Source: Candidatus Nomurabacteria bacterium
Lineage (GTDB): Bacteria > Patescibacteriota > Minisyncoccia > Phycocordibacterales > UBA5272
Assembly: GCA_029288775.1 (NCBI GenBank)
Contig: JARIGQ010000006.1
Location: 64,120 to 128,119, forward strand
DNA length: 64,000 nt
Direction: 5' to 3'
The notes under the pieces were generated by a model. It saw only the letters and a list, made by a program, of their open reading frames with translations, searched no databases and was not told the origin of the DNA. Shown piece by piece: positions 29,130-39,261 of the stretch. A program made the translations under genes and the position numbers. How positions within the stretch are numbered: position 1 is the first letter of the stretch; each line of letters begins with the position of its first letter.

Positions 29130-30596
29130 ATGGATAAGCGTCCTTTTTTCATCACTACTGCTATCGCATACGCAAATGGTGCTCCGCATGTCGGGCATGC
29201 TTTTGAGTTTCTTTTGGCTGACGCAATCGCTCGCTATAAGCGTTTGGAAGGAAACGACGTTTATTTCATTACAGGTATGGATGAGCATGGACAGAAAATA
29301 GAACAGAAAGCCAAAGAACAAGGACTTGCTGTACAATCTTTTGTAGATGGATATGCGGAGGAGTTTAAGTCGCTTGATCGTGAATTGGGTATTTCGTATG
29401 ACTTTTTCGTACGCACAAGCGATATGGAGAAGCATTATAAGGGTGCCCAAGCATTATGGAAAAAGATTGCCGAAAAGGGGGATTTGGAAAAACGTTCCTA
29501 CAAAGCGCTCTATTGCGTAGGGTGTGAGGAGTTCAAGACCGAAAAAGATTTGGATGCGGAAGGACGTTGTCCACTTCATTTGAAAGTGCCGGAAGTAGTA
29601 GAGGAGGAAAATTATTTCTTCAAGCTTTCTCAGTACACTGAAATAATTAAGGATAAGATATTAACTGATGAAGTAAAGATTTATCCGCAGTCGAGAAAGA
29701 ACGAGATTTTAGCACTCCTTGAGCGGGGACTTGAGGATGTCTCTTTTTCTCGACCTACGACAAAAGTAGCCTGGGGGATTCCAGTTCCTGGTGACGATTC
29801 GCAGGTCATGTACGTATGGTGTGATGCGCTTGCAAACTATATTACTGCAATCGGCTACGGCACGGATACGTTTCGCGAAGATTTGTGGAGTAATGCCACG
29901 CATGTCATTGGTAAGGATATCCTTCGTTTTCATGCTGCTATTTGGCCAGGTATGCTTCTTTCAGCCGGACTTGCACTTCCTAAAAATATTATTGTTCACG
30001 GACATATCACCTCGGGCGGTCAGAAAATGAGTAAAACATTAGGTAATAGTATTGATCCAAAAGATGTTATTGAGCTCTTTAAACCTGTTGCAGGTGAGCT
30101 CGCTGGAGAAGCCGCGCGTTTTGTTTTACTTCATGAGGTCCCAAGTTTTAATGATGGTGATATTACGCTTGATTCCATCAAAAGCGCATACACAGGCCAT
30201 TTAGTAAACGGCCTTGGGAATCTTACGAGTCGTATTATGAAATTATGCGAAGTTCATAAAGATAAACTGACAGCACTCCCGTTTGAATTCAATGATAATT
30301 ATCCACATGAAGGGGATATTTGGGAATCTTTCACTGATTTTGATCCTAATCAAGCCCTCCATCTTGTAATGGATTATACAAAGCTTTTGGATGAAACTAT
30401 TCAGAAAGACGAAGCTTTCAAAGTAATTAAGCAAGACGAAGCGCGCGGATTAGAACTCATCAATGAACATAAGAAAAGATTAATGATGATTGCAACCATG
30501 CTGTATCCTTTTATTCCAAAAACTTCTCAAATTATTCTTGATTGTATTCGCGAAAACAAAATGCCTGAGAAGCCGCTGTTTGCACGGCTTCCATAG
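29130..30596 (+). CDS. metG: Methionine--tRNA ligase
   Basis: ITTAI.YANG.PHVGH, DEHGQK, YVWCDAL.NY, GKDILRFH, KMSKT. Confidence 0.97.
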   Translation: MDKRPFFITTAIAYANGAPHVGHAFEFLLADAIARYKRLEGNDVYFITGMDEHGQKIEQKAKEQGLAVQSFVDGYAEEFKSLDRELGISYDFFVRTSDMEKHYKGAQALWKKIAEKGDLEKRSYKALYCVGCEEFKTEKDLDAEGRCPLHLKVPEVVEEENYFFKLSQYTEIIKDKILTDEVKIYPQSRKNEILALLERGLEDVSFSRPTTKVAWGIPVPGDDSQVMYVWCDALANYITAIGYGTDTFREDLWSNATHVIGKDILRFHAAIWPGMLLSAGLALPKNIIVHGHITSGGQKMSKTLGNSIDPKDVIELFKPVAGELAGEAARFVLLHEVPSFNDGDITLDSIKSAYTGHLVNGLGNLTSRIMKLCEVHKDKLTALPFEFNDNYPHEGDIWESFTDFDPNQALHLVMDYTKLLDETIQKDEAFKVIKQDEARGLELINEHKKRLMMIATMLYPFIPKTSQIILDCIRENKMPEKPLFARLP

Positions 30597-30597
30597 T

Positions 30598-30957
30598 ATG
30601 AAAAAGATCTATAACAAACTAGTGCGCGATAAGATGATAGACATCTACAAGCATGATGTTGAAAATAAAATAAGCGCAAGCGGGTATAGTGTTCGCTATA
30701 TGGAACGCGAGGAGACATTAGAGCGCTTGAAGGATAAGCTCTTGGAAGAAGCTCAGGAAGTGTTCGAAGCCTATGGAAAGGAAGATAAGACACATCTGAA
30801 AGAAGAGATAGCGGATGTGATTGAAGTAATTGATGCCATTTTGTATCATAATGACATTTCGTTAGAGGAGGTTTTAGTACTTCGTGATGCTAAGAAAGAA
30901 AAACGAGGGGGATTTGAGAAAGGCTTATTTTTGGAGAGCATAGATTATTTTGACTAA
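30598..30957 (+). CDS. All-alpha NTP pyrophosphohydrolase (MazG/PRA-PH-like)
   Basis: YNKLVRD, KLLEE..E, EEIADVIEV and K..KRGGF. Confidence 0.85.
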   Translation: MKKIYNKLVRDKMIDIYKHDVENKISASGYSVRYMEREETLERLKDKLLEEAQEVFEAYGKEDKTHLKEEIADVIEVIDAILYHNDISLEEVLVLRDAKKEKRGGFEKGLFLESIDYFD

Positions 30958-30960
30958 ATC

Positions 30961-31569
30961 ATGGAAGAGAACAAGCAAGGTTTAATAGATATTGCTAAAC
31001 TGGTGTTTTCTTTCGCACGGGTTCATCGAGTCACGCTTCAGGAAGATGGCAAAACTCCGGAATCTGATACCGATCATACCGTCATGTTATCGGTATGTGC
31101 CTGCGCCCTTGCTCAAAAATTATATCCAGCTCTTGATATTGGAAAAGTAGCCCAATTTGCTATTGTACATGATCTTGTTGAAGCTTATGCCGGTGATACT
31201 AATACCTTTAATATTACGGAGGAAGAGCGTCATAAAAAAGAAGAGAGAGAAAAGCAGGCTTTTGAAAAGATACAGCAGGAGTTTCAGACTGTTTATCCTT
31301 GGATACCTTCTACAATAGCTTCCTATGAAGCTCTTGCTTCTGATGAAGCTCAATTTGTAAAAGCTGTAGATAAATTGATGACCAAACTTACTCATAGGAT
31401 CAATCAAGGGGCCTATTTGAAGAATGAAGGAAAAACAAGAGAAGAAACCAAAATGCATTATGATACTCAAGCACAAACTGTTGAAGAAAAATATGGCGAC
31501 AAGTTCCCCGAAGTGGTGACGTTGTTAAAAGAATTAACGGATGATATTTTACGAGAAACCTATGCATAG
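30961..31569 (+). CDS. HD-domain phosphohydrolase (YfbR-like)
   Basis: ESDTDH, VHDLVEAYAGD and VK.VDK. Confidence 0.85.
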   Translation: MEENKQGLIDIAKLVFSFARVHRVTLQEDGKTPESDTDHTVMLSVCACALAQKLYPALDIGKVAQFAIVHDLVEAYAGDTNTFNITEEERHKKEEREKQAFEKIQQEFQTVYPWIPSTIASYEALASDEAQFVKAVDKLMTKLTHRINQGAYLKNEGKTREETKMHYDTQAQTVEEKYGDKFPEVVTLLKELTDDILRETYA

Positions 31570-32374
31570 CAACTATATTGATGTTCATTCACATATTCAT
31601 GACAAGGTATTCGATGCAGATCGGGATCAGCTTGTCTTGGAAATGAAAGAAAAAGGGTGTGCCACGATTACGGTAGGCACGGATTTTATTGAAAGTAGTA
31701 AAGCTAAAGAAGTTGCAGAGAAATATAATAATGTATGGTTTACGGTTGGTATGCATCCGGTGGATAATCGTAATGAAGCTTTTGAAAAGGAAACGTATCG
31801 TGAGCTCCTCATACATCCCAAATGTGTAGCACTAGGGGAATGTGGGTTGGATTATTTTCACATCAAAGAATTTGAAGGCAATAAGGATGCGGAAGTGGAT
31901 CGTCAACAGCGGCTTTTTATGGAACAGATAGAGCTTGCGGTTGCATGTGATAAACCGCTTATGTTGCATGGACGTCCGGATGAGGGAATGGATGCCTATG
32001 AAGATATGCTTTTTATTTTGGGAAATGCCAAGAAAAAGCATGGCGAAAAACTACGCGGTAACGCTCACTTTTTCGTGGGAACGGTTGATATCGCAACGCA
32101 GTTCAACGATCTTGGTTTTACGGTTTCTTTTTCTGGTGTCATTACCTTTGCCAAAATGTATGAAGAGGTGGTCCGAGTGGTTCCACTAGAAATGATGCAT
32201 GCTGAAACTGATAGCCCGTATGCAACCCCAGTGCCGCATCGAGGGAAAAGAAATACACCACTCTATGTGGAACATATCTATGAAAAGATTGCAGAAATAA
32301 AAGGTCTTGATAAGGAAGAGGTGAGAGAGCAATTGGTTAAAAATGCCCACAGAGTCTTTGGTTTGACATTTTAG
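31562..32374 (+). CDS. tatD: TatD-family DNase
   Basis: DVHSH, GMHP, GECGLDY, ETDSPY and RGKRN.P. Confidence 0.92.
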   Translation: MHSNYIDVHSHIHDKVFDADRDQLVLEMKEKGCATITVGTDFIESSKAKEVAEKYNNVWFTVGMHPVDNRNEAFEKETYRELLIHPKCVALGECGLDYFHIKEFEGNKDAEVDRQQRLFMEQIELAVACDKPLMLHGRPDEGMDAYEDMLFILGNAKKKHGEKLRGNAHFFVGTVDIATQFNDLGFTVSFSGVITFAKMYEEVVRVVPLEMMHAETDSPYATPVPHRGKRNTPLYVEHIYEKIAEIKGLDKEEVREQLVKNAHRVFGLTF

Positions 32375-32423
32375 CCTTAAACAGGCAGGATAAGGACAGT
32401 TGCAACTTACCAAAAGGGTCCGT

Positions 32424-32804
32424 ATGGAAACCGAGTCCAAGACCCCGGAGGCATTCTGTGGGGTCATCGCTGCCAAGTATGTCAGAGGCGAGGGAATAGA
32501 TGTGGTGCTTGCTGAAAGTGAGTATCGCATCCACATTGCTTCATCCAAGGATGAAGGCTTGAAATACCTCCCTGAAGGAGAGCGACGGCATTTTGTGGTG
32601 GAAGGTGGGCGGATCATTGCTGTTTATATCCGGCCTCGCATCCAGCTACTGAAGCTTGCCGGGGCTAGACTTCCTCTCCAGGACAGTCTCCTGTGGTCTC
32701 TGAAGCCCATTTATCCACGCGGTATTGGCAGGCTTCAGAGAAAAACAGGGAAGAGGAGTCGCAGGCTGCGCCTGTATCTTTTGCAGCATGATCTCCAGAG
32801 ATGA
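32424..32804 (+). CDS. Hypothetical protein
   Basis: Open frame filling the tatD-rpsF gap, followed by a terminator hairpin; start uncertain. Confidence 0.5.
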   Translation: METESKTPEAFCGVIAAKYVRGEGIDVVLAESEYRIHIASSKDEGLKYLPEGERRHFVVEGGRIIAVYIRPRIQLLKLAGARLPLQDSLLWSLKPIYPRGIGRLQRKTGKRSRRLRLYLLQHDLQR

Positions 32805-32861
32805 AAGGCCCGCTTCGGCGGGTCTTTTCTAATGCAAAAAATCGTGGTATAATAGCACCCT

Positions 32862-33368
32862 ATGACAGAAATTAATGAAACCATGGTGGATAACCGCGTA
32901 TACGAAATTTCTTTCATCTTTGATAACAAAATTGATGAAAGCGCGGCGCTTGGGAAAGCTGAACAGCTCAAGCAGTCTATCGCTACCCTTGGAGGTAGCT
33001 TCATTTCAGAAGAGACTCCGTATATGCGTGAGCTCGCTTACGAAATGATTCGCGTTCAGAATAATGTGAATGTTCGTTTTAATGAAGGATATTTCGGATG
33101 GATCAAGTTCGAAATGGACGCCGACAAAGTTAAGGAGTTCGAAAAGGCAATCAAGCTTGATGAGCAGGTGGTACGCTATATTGTCGTAAAGACAGTACGC
33201 GATAACACGGTCTACACCAAGCGCGCTCCAGTTATTAAGGCTGAAGTGCTTGCTTCAAATGAAGATGATGCAATTATTGACACTACAGGCGAGCCAGATA
33301 GTATCGATCCCCTCAAGGAACCGGAAATTGCTGAAGTTTCTGTGGCTGCTAGCGAAGAGATAAAGTAA
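32862..33368 (+). CDS. rpsF: 30S ribosomal protein S6 with acidic tail
   Basis: YEISFI, RELAYEM and GYFGWIKF; first gene of the rpsF-ssb-rpsR block. Confidence 0.9.
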   Translation: MTEINETMVDNRVYEISFIFDNKIDESAALGKAEQLKQSIATLGGSFISEETPYMRELAYEMIRVQNNVNVRFNEGYFGWIKFEMDADKVKEFEKAIKLDEQVVRYIVVKTVRDNTVYTKRAPVIKAEVLASNEDDAIIDTTGEPDSIDPLKEPEIAEVSVAASEEIK

Positions 33369-33413
33369 GGAGTACACTTAAGGCAACCATTATAAGCGCC
33401 TCATTTATACCTT

Positions 33414-33875
33414 ATGTATCTCAACAAAGTCTATCTTTACGGAAATCTTACTCGCGATCCAGAGATGAAGTCACTCCCTTCAGGATCGAAAGTTACCCAG
33501 TTCTCTCTTGCAACTAATCGTGTGTACAAGGATCAGTCCGGCGCACGACAGGAACAAACCGAATACCATAATATCGTTGTATTCGGACGTCAGGCAGAAA
33601 CATCAGCTCAGTACTTGAAGAAAGGACAAGGGGTGATGATTGAAGGTCGCATTCAGACAAGGAGCTGGGATGACAAGACAACGGGTGAGAAGAAGTATCG
33701 TACTGAAATCGTAGCTGACGCCGTTCAGTTTGGTCCAAAAGGTGGTAACGGTGGAGGGGAAGGAGGATTTATTCCAGCTACACCTGCCGCTTCAGCGCCA
33801 ATCACGGGAGGAGCCGATCTCGATACGATTGATTACGGAGATGCTAATGTAAATGTCGACGACATTCCATTCTAA
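33414..33875 (+). CDS. ssb: Single-stranded DNA-binding protein
   Basis: NKV.L.GNLTRDPE; C-terminal DDIPF. Confidence 0.98.
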   Translation: MYLNKVYLYGNLTRDPEMKSLPSGSKVTQFSLATNRVYKDQSGARQEQTEYHNIVVFGRQAETSAQYLKKGQGVMIEGRIQTRSWDDKTTGEKKYRTEIVADAVQFGPKGGNGGGEGGFIPATPAASAPITGGADLDTIDYGDANVNVDDIPF

Positions 33876-33997
33876 ACAAATAAAATTATTTCATCTGCTG
33901 CGTAAGTGAAGAAATTTTCTCAGTCAATGTACTAGATGTACATTTTCCTCAAAAATTCTTCACTGCCTTGCATCTAAAACAATTTTCTCCGTTTAGA
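33871..33997. repeat. Long imperfect hairpin element, copy B
   Basis: Arms TCTAAAC/GTTTAGA, AAAATT/AATTTT, AGTGAAGAA/TTCTTCACT and TGTAC/GTACA. Confidence 0.7.
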
Positions 33998-34023
33998 CCA
34001 GTGACTAATAATTACAAACTACT

Positions 34024-34227
34024 ATGCATAAACAAGATTATTTCAACCAGAACAATATCAAGTTCATCGATTATAAGGATACAGAAATCCTTGCGAAGTT
34101 CTTGAACCCGCACGCGCGTATTCTCAATCGTCGCAAGACTGGCCTTACCGCCAAGAATCAGCGATCGCTTGCAAACGCAGTAAAACGTGCACGATTTATG
34201 GGGCTTCTCCCATACGTGTCTCACTAA
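34024..34227 (+). CDS. rpsR: 30S ribosomal protein S18
   Basis: IDYKD..L..F, QR.LA.AVKRAR..GLLPY. Confidence 0.97.
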   Translation: MHKQDYFNQNNIKFIDYKDTEILAKFLNPHARILNRRKTGLTAKNQRSLANAVKRARFMGLLPYVSH

Positions 34228-34303
34228 GGAAAGTAAATGTAAAGCAAATATCCGCCGCAAGGCGGATATTTGCTTTTAAAGAAAAGATGTATACTTTAGA
34301 AAT

Positions 34304-34795
34304 ATGAATGAAAATGCACCACAACCAGAAAGTACTGAGCCAAGTTTTGTAGACCTCGTAGAACAACCATCTACTACTCCACTCACTGAAGAACAAAAGG
34401 ATGCTAAGTATATGGTTCTTACTCCAAATTTAGAGACCAACCTGAGTATAATGAAATCTCGAGTGGAAAAAAGTATCGATGATCTGTTCCTCATCCTCAA
34501 AAACCCTCATATCCAAACTGCCGAAAATGAAATAGAACGTATCGTTGATCATATTGCGAATGATCTTGGGTCTTTGATGACGTTACAACAAAAAAATGGA
34601 GAAAAAGAAGCCACGGTAGCAGGTCTGGTTCCAGCTTTTGAAAAATTAAATGATCCGCTACTTCAGCCGCTTCGCGCTGCTCTTCTTTCCTATAAGAATT
34701 CTGATTACGGGGCTCCGCTTGATGCAGTTAAAGTGTTAACTGAACAGCATAAAGCGCTTGTTAACCGGACTAAGGCTGAGCGTTCAGGTGTCTAA
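34304..34795 (+). CDS. Hypothetical helical protein
   Basis: ORF with a TATACT box upstream and a terminator downstream. Confidence 0.65.
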   Translation: MNENAPQPESTEPSFVDLVEQPSTTPLTEEQKDAKYMVLTPNLETNLSIMKSRVEKSIDDLFLILKNPHIQTAENEIERIVDHIANDLGSLMTLQQKNGEKEATVAGLVPAFEKLNDPLLQPLRAALLSYKNSDYGAPLDAVKVLTEQHKALVNRTKAERSGV

Positions 34796-34879
34796 GAAAA
34801 GATACACCATACTAGCAAAAAATCCGCCTTTTAAAAAGGCGGATTTTTTGCTAGTATTACACCTATTGATTATAAGCTA

Positions 34880-35503
34880 ATGACTATTGCCATGCACCCA
34901 AAAAAGGAACGAACATTTGTAATTCTTAAGCCAGACGCGATTCAGCGTGGGCTTGTAGGGGAAATTATTAAGCGCTTTGAGCAGATCGGTCTTAAGATCG
35001 TTGCTATGAAGATGCATCGTGCAGATGAAGAAAAATTGTGGAAGCACTATAATAAGGACGATGCATGGTTCCTGAAAAAAGGTGAAAAGATTGTTGTTAA
35101 TCGACAAGGCTTGGGGCTTCCTATTGAAAAGGAGCCGATCGAATATGGTCGCGATATTATTGGGGTAGTGGTGAAATATATGCGTGCAGGACCTGTTGTG
35201 TCGCTTGTACTTGAAGGTAACAATGCAGGTAATGTAGTGAAGCGTCTTGTTGGCGGTACAGAGCCAGCAACGGCGGATACAGGAACTATACGTGGAGACT
35301 TTGCGCTCGATTCATATTATTTGTGTGATGTGGATGGCTCTCGCGGTATGCGTAATCTTATTCATTGTACCGATCCTGCAGACGGAGATGATGCAGCAGA
35401 GCGTGAGATTGGCTTATGGTTTACGGAAGATGAAATTATGCAGTATAAGCATATTGCAGAAGCTATGCTCTATGATGTCGACCTCGACGGCATGATGGAA
35501 TAA
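34880..35503 (+). CDS. ndk: Nucleoside diphosphate kinase
   Basis: ERTFVILKPDAIQRGLVGEII.RFE, GTIRGDF and RNLIH. Confidence 0.95.
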   Translation: MTIAMHPKKERTFVILKPDAIQRGLVGEIIKRFEQIGLKIVAMKMHRADEEKLWKHYNKDDAWFLKKGEKIVVNRQGLGLPIEKEPIEYGRDIIGVVVKYMRAGPVVSLVLEGNNAGNVVKRLVGGTEPATADTGTIRGDFALDSYYLCDVDGSRGMRNLIHCTDPADGDDAAEREIGLWFTEDEIMQYKHIAEAMLYDVDLDGMME

Positions 35504-35759
35504 TCTTATAAGAATTATTTCTTAGAAAAGTAAAAAGAAAAAGCAAGTAACCTTGCTTTTTCTTTTTCTCAAAGGAAGGCGAAAATCCATTTGTAAAGCT
35601 CTTGGAGCTTGAGTGGGCGAAGGGGAAGGATGTTTCTACCAAGAAAATACCTTTATTTTCAAGGGTTTTTTATGGGATGGCCACTTATCCACATAAGTCC
35701 CAGAAATTTGATTTGACAATGCTTGCAAACTTTTCTGTGAAAGAATATACCTAACTATA

Positions 35760-35885
35760 GGTGCTGATGTTTCCATCTGCATATACCGTTTTCCGGGCTT
35801 CATGGAATATTGAGATTTGGTCGCGGCCATATCCGTTTCCTGCCCACTTGAGCTTCATATCCAGATGGACGTTCAATTTAGCACC
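35760..35885 (+). ncRNA. ssrS: 6S-like RNA, copy 1
   Basis: Rod with central bubble: GGTGCT/AGCACC, TCCATCTG/CAGATGGA, bubble strands ATACC and CACTTGA, GGGC/GCCC, GGAA/TTCC; own promoter and terminator. Confidence 0.7.
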
Positions 35886-36022
35886 TCGCCTATGGAAAGA
35901 GCCGCATAAAGTTCCATACTTCTCATGCGGTTTTTTCCTAAAAAAGTTTTGTAAGATTTCCGGTACTCAATCGTCCTACCAAAGCGATTGTTTTTTATTT
36001 TAAGATATTTATACTAAGAGTG

Positions 36023-36142
36023 GAGGACCAGGAAATTTTTCTGGATACCGCATCTCCGGGCTATGGAATATTGGGTTAAGGTCGAGGCCTCAACCTTTTC
36101 CTGCCCACCTGACATTTTGATCAGGAAGATGCCCTGGTCCTC
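36023..36142 (+). ncRNA. ssrS: 6S-like RNA, copy 2
   Basis: GAGGACCAGG/CCTGGTCCTC closing stem; shares ATACCG, TCCGGGC, ATGGAATATTG and TTTCCTGCCCAC with copy 1; own TATACT box and terminator. Confidence 0.7.
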
Positions 36143-36199
36143 TGTTTAAGAGCCGCCCCTCTGAAAAGAAGGGCGGTTTTTGATGGTATACTTTTTAGC

Positions 36200-36559
36200 A
36201 TGAAGCAGATTATCATCTCCGTCCTCTACCTTGTTATAGTATTTCTGGTATCTCAGTTTATTTTCGAGCCTTCACATCTTTACTATGAGCTCTGGTGGTT
36301 GGATATTCCTATGCACATTATGGGTGGGTTTGGAGTTGCGTCACTTGTGGTTGCTGTTTCTGAATATTATAAAAAACCTGTTTCCTTGTCTAAACTTTTC
36401 CTTGTCTATGCAGTCGTTGCTATCACATGGGAAGTGTATGAATATGCTCATGATGTAGTGACGTATACAACGTGGAATGGATGGTTTGATACGGTTAAAG
36501 ATTTTATAGATGGAACCATCGGTATGTATCTTGCCTATCTTCTTATTAAGCATAAATAA
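36200..36559 (+). CDS. Small membrane protein (DUF2238/VanZ-like)
   Basis: W.D..MH..GG, WEVYE and DT..D motifs. Confidence 0.75.
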   Translation: MKQIIISVLYLVIVFLVSQFIFEPSHLYYELWWLDIPMHIMGGFGVASLVVAVSEYYKKPVSLSKLFLVYAVVAITWEVYEYAHDVVTYTTWNGWFDTVKDFIDGTIGMYLAYLLIKHK

Positions 36560-36564
36560 TTTAT

Positions 36565-37938
36565 ATGGCAACATTTACAGTTACATTTGCGGGCGGAGCC
36601 CAGATGCCGACCGGCTCAAATTTTCTTCTTCAAATGGGTGGGAAGAAGATTCTTATAGATTGCGGCATGGTGCAAGGCGAGAAGTATACGATTCCTATCA
36701 ATTATGAAAAGTTTTCATATGATCCGGCATCGATCGATATCCTTATTGTTACTCACGGTCATTTGGATCACGTGGGGAGAATTCCCAAGCTCGTTAAGGA
36801 TGGTTTTAAAGGGAAAATTATAAGTACCGCTCCTACGAGGGAAATAGGAGAGCTTATCATGCTTGATAGTTTGGGTGTTTTTGGAAAAGAAGCAGCTCAT
36901 CAAGGCATAGAGCGGCTCTATGAAGAACAGGATGTATTGCGGGCGGTTCACTTATGGGACACAGTACTTGAATATGAAAAGCCTTTTTCCTATCAGACTG
37001 ATGCCGGGGAAGCAATTATTACTTTGCATGACGCAGGCCATATCTTGGGAAGTGCCATCATTGAAATTGCTTTTCAGGGAAAGCGAATCGCGTTTACAGG
37101 TGATCTTGGTAACACGCCTTCTCCGCTTATGCGTGATACGACTCCGCTTCGTAATGTCGATTATCTCATCATGGAAAGCGTGTATGGGGATCGCAATCAT
37201 ACCGATAAGGATAAGCGCATAGAAATTCTTAAAGAAGCAGTTGTGTCGACCATTCAAAAAGGGGGTACGGTGCTTATTCCTGCTTTCTCTATAGAGCGTA
37301 CTCAAGAGATGTTGCAGGCCTTCAATGAGCTTGTAGAGCACAAGGAAATACCCTCTGTTCCGGTATACCTGGATTCGCCGTTAGGTATTAATGTCACCAA
37401 AGTCTACAAGAAGTATGAAGGGTGGTTTAATGAAAATACGGAGAAGATTATTCAATCCGGAGATGATATTTTTGCCTTTAAAGGGCTTATTCAAACGCCT
37501 TCTCCGGAAGAAAGTAAAAAGATAAATGATGACCACGGCTCTAAAGTGATTATTGCAGGATCAGGCATGTCCAATGGTGGGCGTATTGTTCATCATGAGG
37601 CTCGTTATTTGCCGGATGAGAAGAGTACAATCTTGATTGTCGGTTATCAGGCGGTAAATACGCTTGGGCGCCGTATAAGTGACGGAGAAAAGCAAGTGAT
37701 TATCCATAATCAACCAGTACAGGTACGGGCCAAGGTGGTGACTATTCATGGTTTTTCTGCGCACAAGGATTCTGACCATCTGTATGAATTTGTAGATTCC
37801 ACAAAGGAGAGTTTGAAAAAGGTGTTTGTGGTTTTAGGTGAACCAAAAAGCGCATACTATCTAGCTCAACGTATTCATGAAGGTTATGGACTTGATGTGG
37901 TAGTTCCTGAAAAGGGGAATACCGTAGAACTTGATTAA
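36565..37938 (+). CDS. MBL-fold beta-CASP ribonuclease (YSH1-like)
   Basis: THGHLDHVG, AGHILGS, TGDLG, MESVYG, GSGM..GGR and FSAHKD. Confidence 0.92.
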   Translation: MATFTVTFAGGAQMPTGSNFLLQMGGKKILIDCGMVQGEKYTIPINYEKFSYDPASIDILIVTHGHLDHVGRIPKLVKDGFKGKIISTAPTREIGELIMLDSLGVFGKEAAHQGIERLYEEQDVLRAVHLWDTVLEYEKPFSYQTDAGEAIITLHDAGHILGSAIIEIAFQGKRIAFTGDLGNTPSPLMRDTTPLRNVDYLIMESVYGDRNHTDKDKRIEILKEAVVSTIQKGGTVLIPAFSIERTQEMLQAFNELVEHKEIPSVPVYLDSPLGINVTKVYKKYEGWFNENTEKIIQSGDDIFAFKGLIQTPSPEESKKINDDHGSKVIIAGSGMSNGGRIVHHEARYLPDEKSTILIVGYQAVNTLGRRISDGEKQVIIHNQPVQVRAKVVTIHGFSAHKDSDHLYEFVDSTKESLKKVFVVLGEPKSAYYLAQRIHEGYGLDVVVPEKGNTVELD

Positions 37939-38003
37939 TTGCTTTTAAGAATCAAATGTATCCACTGCCTTTAGAGAAAGGCCTACGGTATACTGAAACA
38001 ACT

Positions 38004-38576
38004 ATGAAAGGTCAGAGAATAACGATAGGCGTCTCAGGCGCCGCTGAAATTGCCCATTGTGGCCCTACGGTAATTCCGGTAGCCAAGGAGCTAGGCCGTG
38101 AAATTGCTCGCCAGGGGGCACAAATTGTCACAGGAGCTACGTCAGGCTTTCCTATGTATTCTGCAGAAGGAGCCAAAGAAGCAGGGGGCTTTTCTTTTGG
38201 TCTTTCGCCCGCGGCTAGTAAAAAAGAACACGAAGAAACCTATCGTTTGCCGCTTAAGGCAATGGATGCCGTGGTCTATACCGGGTTTGGTTTTCCGGGG
38301 CGAGATCTTATGATGGTGCGCTCGGCAGACGCAATGGTTATTGGTTGCGGACGTATAGGTACTATTCATGAATTTACAGTGGCATGGGAGGCAAATATGC
38401 CGATTGGCATCCTAGTAGGAGACTGGCCTACGGATGAAGTGATTCATAACATTATAGATAATAGCAATCGCACCAATCCGAACGTTATTTTTGAAAGCGA
38501 TCCAAAAGTAATGATTGAAAAGCTTATCTCTATGGTAAAGTCAAAAGAATCTGAACCATCTGATCTGCGCCTCTAA
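38004..38576 (+). CDS. LOG/SLOG-family nucleotide-binding protein
   Basis: GVSG, ELGREIA..G..IVTGA..G, RD..MVRS.D and GT..E. Confidence 0.8.
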   Translation: MKGQRITIGVSGAAEIAHCGPTVIPVAKELGREIARQGAQIVTGATSGFPMYSAEGAKEAGGFSFGLSPAASKKEHEETYRLPLKAMDAVVYTGFGFPGRDLMMVRSADAMVIGCGRIGTIHEFTVAWEANMPIGILVGDWPTDEVIHNIIDNSNRTNPNVIFESDPKVMIEKLISMVKSKESEPSDLRL

Positions 38577-38617
38577 TAGCAACTAAAAACCGCAAGCTTG
38601 TGGCTTGCGGTTTTTAG

Positions 38618-38965
38618 TTATGCGTTTACCGTATCAATGATTCGCTTGAAGCTTGTAGGATTTTCTGCTGCAAGCTCTGCGAGCATTTTGCGGTTGATCA
38701 CAATGCCTTTCTTTGCTGCTTTGCCAATAAAGACGCTATAGGTGATTCCGTTTTCACGAAGTCCTGCGTTGAGGCGGGTGGTCCATAGACGACGCATATC
38801 GGTTTTCTTGTCCTTACGGTGAGCAAATGCATAGGCACCTGCTTTGCGAAGGGCTACCTTTGCTTCAATTTCCTTCTTGCTTCGTCCGAAACGGAAGCCT
38901 TTCGCGCGCGAAAGAACATTTCGGCGGTGCTTCATCGCAATTTTGCTTCGTTTTACGCGTGACAT
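38618..38965 (-). CDS. rplT: 50S ribosomal protein L20
   Basis: MSRVKR, AKGFR, R.LW..R.NA and NRKMLAELA. Confidence 0.98.
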   Translation of the reverse strand: MSRVKRSKIAMKHRRNVLSRAKGFRFGRSKKEIEAKVALRKAGAYAFAHRKDKKTDMRRLWTTRLNAGLRENGITYSVFIGKAAKKGIVINRKMLAELAAENPTSFKRIIDTVNA

Positions 38966-39006
38966 GGTGAGTGATTAAAAAACTGGTAAATGCTTATAGA
39001 TAACGA

Positions 39007-39195
39007 TTATAGAAGACCAGGGAGAAAGCGCGACTTTTCCTTACCTGTCATGGCGAATTCCTGTCCACGCTTAGCATTAAGCTGCTTGCGGCGGGAAGCC
39101 TTGGCATTGAAGTGGTTAAGGCCTGGCTTGCGTGCAATGATCTTGCCGTTCTTCGTCACCTTGAGGCGCTTAAGGAATGATTTGTTGGTCTTCAT
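39007..39195 (-). CDS. rpmI: 50S ribosomal protein L35
   Basis: MKTNKS..KRLKVT.NGK; lies between infC and rplT. Confidence 0.95.
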   Translation of the reverse strand: MKTNKSFLKRLKVTKNGKIIARKPGLNHFNAKASRRKQLNAKRGQEFAMTGKEKSRFLPGLL

Positions 39196-39261
39196 GATGT
39201 TTCCGTACCTATAAAGATAGTTTCGCTATTCTAGCACGTATTTTGCGCCAGATCAAGGCTT

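Noticed and set aside
35636-36003. Short ORFs in the intergenic region downstream of ndk
   Set aside because: They overlap the structured RNA copy and its promoter; covarying stems argue for non-coding function
35760-36142. Possible CRISPR array or tandem riboswitches
   Set aside because: Only two degenerate units, no regular repeat-spacer period and no cas genes; each unit has its own promoter and terminator
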